A model generated the notes under the pieces. It ran no database searches, was not told the DNA's origin, and saw only the letters and a program-made list of their open reading frames with translations. This document shows positions 56,063-64,000 of a stretch of 64,000 bases of DNA, in pieces. This stretch comes from a bacterium (lineage in GTDB: Bacteria > UBA8248), in assembly GCA_965207065.1 (NCBI GenBank), contig OZ242260.1, forward strand, positions 2,016,001-2,080,000, written 5' to 3'. The number at the start of each line of letters is the position of its first letter. Position 1 is the stretch's first letter. Position numbers and translations under genes: made by a program.

Positions 56063-57076
56063 TTAGTTTTTTTGCTCACGCAGGGTGCTCACCCAGATTG
56101 AAGCGAGAATCACCAAGCCGACAACTATCTGTTGCCGGTAGGTATCGATTCCCATGATGTTCAGTCCGTTCACCAGGAATATGATCAGGAAAACACCCAG
56201 CGTCGTACCTAACACGCCGCCTCGCCCGCCAAAAATATGCGTGCCGCCGATGATGGTCGCTCCGATTGACTGGAGCAGTTGATCGCCACCGCCCAGTCTC
56301 GGTTCGCCCGCCGCGCTCACACTTGCTGAAAGAAGAAGGCCCGCGAAACCACACAAAAGTCCACCTATGCCGAAAATGGCGATCTTCATGGCGGGAAAGT
56401 TGATGCCTGCGGAAATCGCTGTTTGTTCGTTTCCGCCCAAGGCGTACACATAAGTGCCAAAACGGGTGTATTTGAGCAGATACCACATGGCGCCAAGCGC
56501 GATGAGTATCCAGATGAAGGTGAAGGGGATGGGACCCAGGTTTCCTTTGGCCAAAAGGACATAAGCATCTTCGACGTGTTTGGGCAAAGTTGCGCCCTCG
56601 CGCGCGCCCCCCATTTGAAGGCCGCCGGTCCAAAGCTGGGCCGCGCCGCTGCCGATAAATAGCATTCCCAATGTCGCGATGAACGGCTGCACTCTTGCCA
56701 CTCCGACGAAAAACCCATTGATGACGCCGCACAGCAGACCGATGCCGAGGCCGGCGATGAGGCCAACGAAAAACCCGAAGTGCAGCATCGCGCTCCAGGC
56801 CATGACGCTCACCACGCTCATGATGGAGCCTTGTGAAAGATCAAATCCTGCTGAAATGATGACCAAAGTTTGGGCATAGGCTATGAAAAAGAGCCATGCG
56901 TCACGGCGCACTACATTCACAAAGTTTTCGAGGGTGAGGAAATTTTCGGTCGCGAAAGTATAGAAAATCATCAAAACTATGAAAGCGGAAATGAGGAGTA
57001 AGCGCTCAAATGGAATATCCTTGACAGAATACCCCAGGATGAGTTTCTCATTTCCCGTTGAAGCTGCGGCGCTCAT
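56063..57076 (-). CDS. Sugar-type ABC permease (RbsC-like)
   Basis: GFDLS.GS, PFIATLG, T.FG..VYALGGNE, IIGGT..GGRG. Confidence 0.9.
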   Translation of the reverse strand: MSAAASTGNEKLILGYSVKDIPFERLLLISAFIVLMIFYTFATENFLTLENFVNVVRRDAWLFFIAYAQTLVIISAGFDLSQGSIMSVVSVMAWSAMLHFGFFVGLIAGLGIGLLCGVINGFFVGVARVQPFIATLGMLFIGSGAAQLWTGGLQMGGAREGATLPKHVEDAYVLLAKGNLGPIPFTFIWILIALGAMWYLLKYTRFGTYVYALGGNEQTAISAGINFPAMKIAIFGIGGLLCGFAGLLLSASVSAAGEPRLGGGDQLLQSIGATIIGGTHIFGGRGGVLGTTLGVFLIIFLVNGLNIMGIDTYRQQIVVGLVILASIWVSTLREQKN

Positions 57077-57098
57077 TCAATCTACCTCCAAACGCGGA

Positions 57099-59057
57099 TC
57101 AATCCGCGGTCATGGCGTAGCGCAGAATGCCTTCCTGCGTTGCTTCGTTTCTGCCGATATCTGCTGTGAGTTGTCCTTCCCTCATCACCAGAATGCGGTC
57201 GCTCATTCCAAGAATCTCGGGCAGTTCACTCGAGATCATCATTACCGCGGCGCCGTCTTTGGCAAGTTGCAGCATCTGCGAGTGAACTTCGAATTTTGCG
57301 CCTATGTCTATTCCGCGAGTCGGCTCATCAAAGATGAGTACATTCGCGCGTCTGAAGAGCCATTTGGCGAGAACGACTTTTTGCTGATTGCCGCCTGACA
57401 GGAAGCGTATTTGCGTCTCCTGATCCGGCGTCATGATTTTTAGCTGATTGATGTGTTCATCTACGAGATCTTTTTCCATGGTCAAGTTGAGCAGCCACCG
57501 TTTAATGAGGCGGCGGAGATTCGCGCTTGTGGTGTTAAAGGCGACCGAGAGAACCTGGGTAAGGCCCTGGGTTTTCCTGTCCTCGGGCAATAGCCCCAGC
57601 CCGCGTCGTATGGCCAAGGTTGGAGTCCACTTGCGCTCATAGGTAAGGATTGTCAAGAATCGAATCAGAACCATAGCGACGCCACCCCAGATCATGACCC
57701 ATTCGAGAACGAAATTCTGAGTGAACAGACTCGTAATGACCATCGCACCTATCGCGAGGGCGTACCAGCTTGCGAAGTCGATGACCAAGGTGCGCCAATG
57801 ATACTGCCGCTCCATAAACCAGAGACCCGCTTGCCGTAAAACGACCAACCCGGCGGCGACGATATAGGGGGTGGGGCCGTTCGGTATATTGTACAACGGT
57901 CCGCCGATGATCCATTCATAAAACCACTTGCCACTGAATAGCGGTGGCGGTGAATTCATGTTGAGCGTGACGGGATCGTAAATTCCCTGAAAAATTACGG
58001 TGAACAAGGGCAAAGCCATAATTAAGACAACCACGTCCAAGATGGCCATCCAGAGCGGATAGTGGGGGAGATTTTGTATCTCTTCTTTTTCTTTTGTCGC
58101 ACGAGTCATCTCTACGGTGCCGCTATCAACGGGATCCGCACCCATTACGGCCCGCGCCACTTCTGTTCTCCCTGCCCCTACGAGACCCGAGAGGCCGACG
58201 ATTTCTCCATAGTGGAGGTCGAAGTTGATGTCTTCGAATACGCCGTTTCGGGTGAGTCCACGCACCCGCAAAGCTACTTCTCCATGTTCACGGGGTGTCC
58301 AGGGGAATTTCTCATCAAGTGTGCGCCCCACCATCTGCGTGATCAGGAAATCGAGTTCCACCTCTTTGACTTCCCACGTGCCCATATATTCCCCGTCGCG
58401 CAGGACGGTGACGCGATCTCCAATCTCGTGGACTTCTTCAAGGCGGTGGGAGATGTAAATGATGCCGACACCGTGTTCTCGCAACCGGTTGACGGCCTTG
58501 AAAAGTTCCTCGATTTCATGCCCGCTCAGAGAAGAAGTGGGCTCATCCATCACCAATATTTTGCAGTCAAATACAAGAGCCCGGGCGATCTCCACCATTT
58601 GCTGATCCGCGACGCTTAGAGAGCGGACCGGCGCGTTGACGTCGATTTTCGCGTCCAGGCGCTCCATGATTGCGCGGGATTCTTGCTCGACTCTAGCCCA
58701 ATCCACACGCTTCATGATGCCAGGCAGTACCGGTTCACGACCCAGGAAGATGTTTTTGGCCACGCTCAGATCAGGCACCAGGTTCAGTTCCTGGTAGATG
58801 ACGCTGATTCCCAAATCGCGCCCGGTTCTGGCGTCGGGGATAATGGTGGGTGTTTCGCTAATCTCGATTTGGCCTGAGTCGGCGTGATACATGCCTGCCA
58901 ATATTTTGATGAGTGTGGATTTTCCGGCCCCGTTTTCACCCAACAGAATGTGAATTTCGCCCTCGGCGAGATCGAAATCAACTTCTTTGAGCGCATGAAC
59001 GCCCGGAAAGGATTTGTCGATTTCCATCATTCTGAGCAAGTTCTTGGATTCAGGCAC
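57099..59057 (-). CDS. Sugar-type ABC dual-domain ATPase (RbsA-like) with an internal membrane insertion
   Basis: GENGAGKST, MDEPT, SHRL, GLVGAGRTE, PEDRK, LSGGNQQKV, DEPTRGID; 652 aa against roughly 500 aa for typical RbsA. Confidence 0.92.
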   Translation of the reverse strand: MPESKNLLRMMEIDKSFPGVHALKEVDFDLAEGEIHILLGENGAGKSTLIKILAGMYHADSGQIEISETPTIIPDARTGRDLGISVIYQELNLVPDLSVAKNIFLGREPVLPGIMKRVDWARVEQESRAIMERLDAKIDVNAPVRSLSVADQQMVEIARALVFDCKILVMDEPTSSLSGHEIEELFKAVNRLREHGVGIIYISHRLEEVHEIGDRVTVLRDGEYMGTWEVKEVELDFLITQMVGRTLDEKFPWTPREHGEVALRVRGLTRNGVFEDINFDLHYGEIVGLSGLVGAGRTEVARAVMGADPVDSGTVEMTRATKEKEEIQNLPHYPLWMAILDVVVLIMALPLFTVIFQGIYDPVTLNMNSPPPLFSGKWFYEWIIGGPLYNIPNGPTPYIVAAGLVVLRQAGLWFMERQYHWRTLVIDFASWYALAIGAMVITSLFTQNFVLEWVMIWGGVAMVLIRFLTILTYERKWTPTLAIRRGLGLLPEDRKTQGLTQVLSVAFNTTSANLRRLIKRWLLNLTMEKDLVDEHINQLKIMTPDQETQIRFLSGGNQQKVVLAKWLFRRANVLIFDEPTRGIDIGAKFEVHSQMLQLAKDGAAVMMISSELPEILGMSDRILVMREGQLTADIGRNEATQEGILRYAMTAD

Positions 59058-59301
59058 GGGACCTCGCTTCCAAGTAAGGTAATATAGCTCCCAACTAAAT
59101 GGGCGAACGAATGCGTACCATCACCCATCAAATTTGTAAAGCTGCAGTTTTTTAGGACTAACCTAAACCTTATCGGGGATGGGATTGTTTATCGATACGA
59201 AAATTTTCAGGAAATGTTCAATGAGACAAATCATTTCATCAATGACATGCTATAATTCTAACTTGCGTGTCTTAACGCTATAGTTCTTGAGGGCTTTTTG
59301 A

Positions 59302-59565
59302 ATGCGCTATCTTAAAATGTTGGGGATCTTTGTTTTCTTTCTGATGAGCATGTCTAGTGCATTTGCCGAGGAAACTAGTAGTGAAACCGATGCGTGTCTT
59401 GTCACGCTTTACAACTATCCTGCCGACACGACTCAGTACGGTGTTTCGAAGAAAACGCTACCCAAAAGGTCCTTGGTTCTGGAAAAGAATAAGCGGGCAA
59501 GCAAGACCAGCGAGAGTATCCATTCACGGATGAGCCTTTCCCAGGAACGCCCAGGCGATAAATAA
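59302..59565 (+). CDS. Small hypothetical secreted protein
   Basis: Signal-peptide-like MRYLKMLGIFVFFLMSMSSAFA; TGCTATAAT extended -10 about 50 bp upstream; no recognised domain. Confidence 0.4.
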   Translation: MRYLKMLGIFVFFLMSMSSAFAEETSSETDACLVTLYNYPADTTQYGVSKKTLPKRSLVLEKNKRASKTSESIHSRMSLSQERPGDK

Positions 59566-59598
59566 ACTTTTGTTCGGATATTGTCTGCGCACGAACCC

Positions 59599-60207
59599 TT
59601 AACTGTCGATGACGCTTCGGTATTCGGCGGACGGGGTATGTTGTGCCGGCCAGTCCATGCCGTCTTCAAATCGCGCGAGGACGCTCGCGTGACGCGCAAA
59701 GCCGCCCTCCAGCAATGCGACGGAGACGATTTCCACGATCGCCGGCTCGTCGAAGCCATGCTCGCGCAGCGCCTGGAACTCTTCGTCGCTCATTTGTTCG
59801 TTGAGCGTGAGTTTTCTGGCCACGCGGAAAACCGCTTTTTCCGCTTCGGGCAAATCCGCATTTTCAAAGTCATGGAGTTTTTCCACTTCATACTCGTCGA
59901 GTTCCATGCGGTGGATGAGGTCGGTTTTGTGGAAATTCACGCAGCGTGGACAGTCCGAGGCGACTGCACAAACCATGGCGATGCGATTGGTCAACTCGCG
60001 TGAAATGTGGCCGTCCAAAACTTCGAGACGTTTCTGCAGTTCCCAGAATCCCCTCAAAAGGCCCGGTACGTGGGCGAAAAACCCGAACAAAGGTCCCAGC
60101 CAGCGCGGGTCTTTTAACCGGCATATTTCGTCATAAATCTGTGATACTTCACCTTCGGCTTCATCGGGTTTTACGAGATGAAATGTCTCAAAACCGGATG
60201 TGCTCAT
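59599..60207 (-). CDS. AhpD/carboxymuconolactone decarboxylase family (peroxidase-related) protein
   Basis: CPRCVNFH (CxxC..H) motif, L..AEKA, LREHGF...IVEI. Confidence 0.8.
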   Translation of the reverse strand: MSTSGFETFHLVKPDEAEGEVSQIYDEICRLKDPRWLGPLFGFFAHVPGLLRGFWELQKRLEVLDGHISRELTNRIAMVCAVASDCPRCVNFHKTDLIHRMELDEYEVEKLHDFENADLPEAEKAVFRVARKLTLNEQMSDEEFQALREHGFDEPAIVEIVSVALLEGGFARHASVLARFEDGMDWPAQHTPSAEYRSVIDS

Positions 60208-60295
60208 TTTTTCTCCCGGGAATGAATTTTCAGATGTGGGTGAGGTTCAACTGTAACATTATTGTAATTGTTCATGGCAAGCATGATAAGCCAAG

Positions 60296-60326
60296 AAAAA
60301 CCCCCCGCCGAAGCAGGGGGTTTTTT
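60296..60326. terminator. Intrinsic terminator downstream of the TAXI gene
   Basis: AAAAACCCCCCGC-CGAA-GCAGGGGGTTTTTT. Confidence 0.75.
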
Positions 60327-60342
60327 AAGGGCTAGGTGTTGC

Positions 60343-61314
60343 TTACATCATGCCCGATTCTTTCCAGTAACGAGCCGCACCCGGGTGAATCTTGAGTTTC
60401 TTCATGCCGCGAAGGCCGGTCTTTTTGGTGACGAACTTTCCGGTCGGGTGGTATTTGGTGATTTGCTTGTGATTGTCATACAGGGCTTTGACGATCCCGT
60501 ATGCGTTGTCGTTGCTCATTACGCTGTTGGTCATCAAAGTCCACATCTGACCCCAGCTTACGACGTCTTTTTTGTATCCGGGAATGGAGCCGGCGGTCAC
60601 GACATCGCGCACGATGCCTGCTTCGTTCGTAGCCAGTGCTTTGATGGTGGCTTCATCCGGACCAAAGAAATGAAGTTTGCCGGAAAGCGTGCGCGCGAGT
60701 TCCATGTACACAGGTGCGGGAACGTTCGCGTTCAGAAAGAAAAATCCCGCGTCCACTCTTTCGTCTCTGATAGCGGCTGCATTCTGGGGATTGTTGAAGA
60801 ACTCTTTTTTCGCATTCACGCCACTGTGTTTAAGCGCAAGCTGCGTCACGATATAAATGGAACCCCCGCGACCGCCGACGACAAATCTTCTTCCTGTGAG
60901 GTCGGACCATTTTTTAATTCCGGAGGTTTTGAAGGTCGTATAGACAGTCGTCAATGGGTATAGGGCCCCTAACGCCAGCACGTCTTGAGGTTTCTTGAAT
61001 GGTTTTCTACCCGTTTGCCCCCACGAAACGGCAGGCGCAGTGGCCATGCCTATGCGGAATGGCTGCATCTTGTTCTTTTTCTGCAGGGTTCGGACATTTG
61101 CGGTCGAACCGCCGGTAATGGATGCAGCCACCGAAATCTTTCCGCCCGAGTTATCCGTGATGACTTTACCCATTGCGGTTCCAATCTCGAAGGTTGCGCC
61201 GCCGGGCTGGGACGTTCCCAACAGTATTTTGGCTGCGTCCGCCGCCGGGGCCGTGCCGATAACCAAGGCAAGGCCTGCTGCCAACGTAATCAGCCGAAGT
61301 GTGGATTTCCTCAT
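60343..61314 (-). CDS. TAXI family TRAP transporter solute-binding protein
   Basis: Signal peptide; GT..PGG; TGGS.AN; DL.G.R; HPGAARYW.E.G. Confidence 0.9.
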   Translation of the reverse strand: MRKSTLRLITLAAGLALVIGTAPAADAAKILLGTSQPGGATFEIGTAMGKVITDNSGGKISVAASITGGSTANVRTLQKKNKMQPFRIGMATAPAVSWGQTGRKPFKKPQDVLALGALYPLTTVYTTFKTSGIKKWSDLTGRRFVVGGRGGSIYIVTQLALKHSGVNAKKEFFNNPQNAAAIRDERVDAGFFFLNANVPAPVYMELARTLSGKLHFFGPDEATIKALATNEAGIVRDVVTAGSIPGYKKDVVSWGQMWTLMTNSVMSNDNAYGIVKALYDNHKQITKYHPTGKFVTKKTGLRGMKKLKIHPGAARYWKESGMM

Positions 61315-61584
61315 TTGAATCTCCTTTGGAGGTAGTGAAAATTACTTGCTGTTTCGATTTTATATGTCGAAACTCATGAAAAATGCCGGCCCTTTACTTT
61401 GAGTTGATGCCACTATAATAAAGCAAAACGATGTGGTTTGGTCAAGCATGGGAAATGTAAGGTGAATTAAGAATTGTAGTGAGTCACTGGCGGAACAATC
61501 AGGCAATCCGTTAGAATGGGATAATTCATATATAGTTTTATCTATCGATGAAGGTTTTTCCATAGTGGAGAAGGAAGGAGAAAC

Positions 61585-64000
61585 ATGACTACTGAATCAG
61601 AACCCACCCAGTCGGCTCCTCTCGTAAGGGCTCTGGTTTTCATCACCTCCTGGCTGTGCGTACTCTCGGGTTTGTACCACATATCCGCAGTCTATCTGCG
61701 GCCTTTACCGGGTGAGATGCACCCCAACATGCACATGCTGTTGGCCTATACCATTCTCCTCATCGGCGGCGCCGGGGCGATGCCTCAGATATATGGGGAT
61801 AAAATTCGCAAATTGAATTTTCTTCCCGTTCTGTACCTATTGTCTTTGATTCCCGCCGTTATTTTCTATTACTTCGTATATGAGATGGGAGAGGGTTGGT
61901 CTGATGCGAGTGTTTGGTGGGTTTATGCGCTCCCGTTCGCTATATGGATAGCGATGATGGTTGTGGAGAAGTCATGGCTTGCGCTTTTTCTCTGGTTTTT
62001 GGGCTTAGTTCCTGCGCCCATACTGTTCTGGTATTGGGATTATTTGCCAGAAAGCACGCATGAGCCCACCTTTTGGTGGCTGATAATCGCATGCTCCGCC
62101 ATTCCCACGATGTGGACCTTGTTCGCGGTTTTCTTCAGGCCTGCCGAAGGGGTGAAAAAGGCGGGTGTTTTTCTCGTTATATTTTTCGTAGCGCTTGTTC
62201 TAATCGGATGGCGGGTAAGTTTATGGGCCGGGCAAAGCGATGATGTGAGAAGCGCTTTTTACCTCTGGCCGGTAGTCGTACTCGCTTTTCCTCTTTTCTG
62301 GGCGAAAAGACGCATCAAAGAGGTATTTGAAGAATTCCCGGCACACCCTTTTCCGGCTGGTTTCACGATTGGCCTGAACGCCGGGATGCTCTTTTTCGTG
62401 GCGACTGCGTGCCTCTACCTGTTCTACTACCACGAAGAGATGGTAGACCGCCCGGGCGCTCCGACGATTGGCGATGCTCGCGTCGGCTTCGTCATGCTCG
62501 TCGTCGCTATCGAATTGACGAGGCGTTGTTTCGGGCCTCCCCTGCCAACATTGGCGGTTATTGCTTTCGTCTATGGGATTTGGGGCAATTTGTTCGCACC
62601 TCCTTTCGGGCATGGTGGCCATACATGGCTCGAACTTCAAGCGAAACTATCGACGGACTTTATCGGTGGCGTATTGGGCTTTTTGGTCGTCATTTCGGCG
62701 ACCTTCATCATCATGTTCCTTATTTTAGGAGCGTTTCTGCATGAATCGGGCGCAGGCCGTTTTTTCGTGAATTTCGCTTTAGGTCTGTTCGGGAAAATGC
62801 GAGCTGGCGCCGGTCTCGCCGCTGTGGGGTCGAGCGCGCTCATGGGTACGGTGTCGGGCAGCGCATCAGGCAACGTCGTGACCACCGGCACATTCACGAT
62901 TCCCCTGATGAAGCGAATCGGGCTGAGTCCACACATTGCCGGAGCGGCGGAAGCGGCGGCCAGCAGCGGGGGGCAGATCATGCCGCCTGTCATGGGGGCG
63001 GGCGCCTTCATTATGAGTGAACTCATCGAAGTGCCGTATTTCCAGCTTATCGGATACGCCACCATACCGGCCATCTTGTATTTCACCATCGTGGGGATCA
63101 ACATCCACTTTGCGGCCGGTGCGCTTAACATCCAGCCGTTGCCTACTAACGAAATTCCGAGTTGGAGGGTGGAACTCAGAAACGGATGGTTCTATCTCGT
63201 GCCCCTGGCGTTTTTGGTCTACTTCCTTTTTCAAGGCAGAACGCCAGTCTTTGCGGGCGTCATGTCGGTTTTCATCATGGTGGGCATCTGGTTTTACCGG
63301 AACGTGGCGGAATTCCTGGGTACGATGAGGAGGGGTGATAAGACAATCGCAGATGATGTATTCGTTTTTGTGCCTGTTCTGTTTTGGGTTTTCGCATTTT
63401 TCTTATACACGTTGCTCACGGTTTTCGAGTTGGGTTTCGGATTACCGTTGGGGATATATGAAAAGCCGACTTGGGGCGGGGCGATAAGGGCTGCTCTGTC
63501 TATGGGTGTCGTCGGATTTGTTCTGGCGAGTGTTTTCGCTCGCAAGTTCTCCTGGGTGCGTGAATTCTGGCGCGAGACAGAAAGCAACTGGCTCGCCATC
63601 TTCCCAATCACAATATTGGGTTTGTGGGTGGCGTTCGGCTGGTCTTCCGGCGTGGCGGGAGCCGCCCTCGTGCTTGCCCTGTTGTGTGTATGGTCCGTTT
63701 CCAGGGGCAATGGAGCGCAACCCACTACGACAATACCCTGGTATTTTGTCATGATTTGGGTGGGTGCATATTACGTGCAAAAAGGGATTTATGCGCTTGT
63801 CCCAGCGATAGCGAATTTCGGCGAATGGTTCGTTCCCTTCGGGTTCATCTATGACGGCCTGATCTTTTTCGGGTTGGCAGTGATTGTCCAGAGAGTCATA
63901 TTTTCATTCGGCTCGCAAGAATCCGAGGCCGATGGCCCGACGCCGAGCGTAAAGCAGGTGTTGGCTGTATCCTGCAATCCGTTTACCTATTTACAGCGCG
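61585..64000 (+). CDS. TRAP 4TM/12TM fused permease, truncated by the window edge and absent from the ORF track
   Basis: Manual translation from ATG 61585 (AGGAG upstream) reads open toward the edge: IELTRR..G.PLP, GAFL..SGAG, GTVSGSASGNVVTTGTFTIPLMKR, EAAASSGGQIMPPVMGAGAF; divergent from the TAXI gene. Confidence 0.9.
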   Translation, partial: MTTESEPTQSAPLVRALVFITSWLCVLSGLYHISAVYLRPLPGEMHPNMHMLLAYTILLIGGAGAMPQIYGDKIRKLNFLPVLYLLSLIPAVIFYYFVYEMGEGWSDASVWWVYALPFAIWIAMMVVEKSWLALFLWFLGLVPAPILFWYWDYLPESTHEPTFWWLIIACSAIPTMWTLFAVFFRPAEGVKKAGVFLVIFFVALVLIGWRVSLWAGQSDDVRSAFYLWPVVVLAFPLFWAKRRIKEVFEEFPAHPFPAGFTIGLNAGMLFFVATACLYLFYYHEEMVDRPGAPTIGDARVGFVMLVVAIELTRRCFGPPLPTLAVIAFVYGIWGNLFAPPFGHGGHTWLELQAKLSTDFIGGVLGFLVVISATFIIMFLILGAFLHESGAGRFFVNFALGLFGKMRAGAGLAAVGSSALMGTVSGSASGNVVTTGTFTIPLMKRIGLSPHIAGAAEAAASSGGQIMPPVMGAGAFIMSELIEVPYFQLIGYATIPAILYFTIVGINIHFAAGALNIQPLPTNEIPSWRVELRNGWFYLVPLAFLVYFLFQGRTPVFAGVMSVFIMVGIWFYRNVAEFLGTMRRGDKTIADDVFVFVPVLFWVFAFFLYTLLTVFELGFGLPLGIYEKPTWGGAIRAALSMGVVGFVLASVFARKFSWVREFWRETESNWLAIFPITILGLWVAFGWSSGVAGAALVLALLCVWSVSRGNGAQPTTTIPWYFVMIWVGAYYVQKGIYALVPAIANFGEWFVPFGFIYDGLIFFGLAVIVQRVIFSFGSQESEADGPTPSVKQVLAVSCNPFTYLQR

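Noticed and set aside
1-64000. tRNA/rRNA genes, transposases, integrases, prophage genes
   Set aside because: None recognised by eye or in the ORF track; a covariance-model scan would be needed to exclude small RNAs.

Overview
GC-rich bacterial chromosomal window devoted largely to nitrogen scavenging and solute uptake. It contains nirA-narK/NRT2-narB (nitrate assimilation), a hydantoinase/oxoprolinase B+A, LLM oxidoreductase and aminobenzoate-CoA-ligase-like cluster, an SsuA/TauA-type ABC transporter, three glycosyltransferases and TctCBA with a MetE-like enzyme. Further along are a frameshifted MmgE/PrpD gene, a complete urtABCDE-ureABCEFGD operon, a TbpB-like lipoprotein, an LLM/cyclic amidohydrolase pair, higBA, a long amidase, a Dpp-type ABC system, a Tat sulfite-oxidase-family molybdoenzyme, a sugar ABC system and a TAXI-TRAP system. 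I found no rRNA, tRNA, CRISPR array or transposase. The strongest unexplained signals are four. (1) Phased arrays of GAAAC/TTAAC pentamers with an exact 11-bp period lie upstream of nirA, urtA and the Dpp-type operon, suggesting a GlnR-box-like nitrogen regulon in what appears to be a diderm organism. (2) An RbsA-type ABC ATPase has a ~150-aa multi-pass membrane module inserted inside its second nucleotide-binding domain, and the nearby TRAP permease carries similar large aromatic-rich membrane insertions. (3) An 8x24-bp two-variant tandem array has a unit that recurs elsewhere next to an IS-end-like motif. (4) Two related small membrane-anchored proteins are present, one expanded by coiled-coil repeats. 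All protein calls are by motif recognition only; no searches were run.
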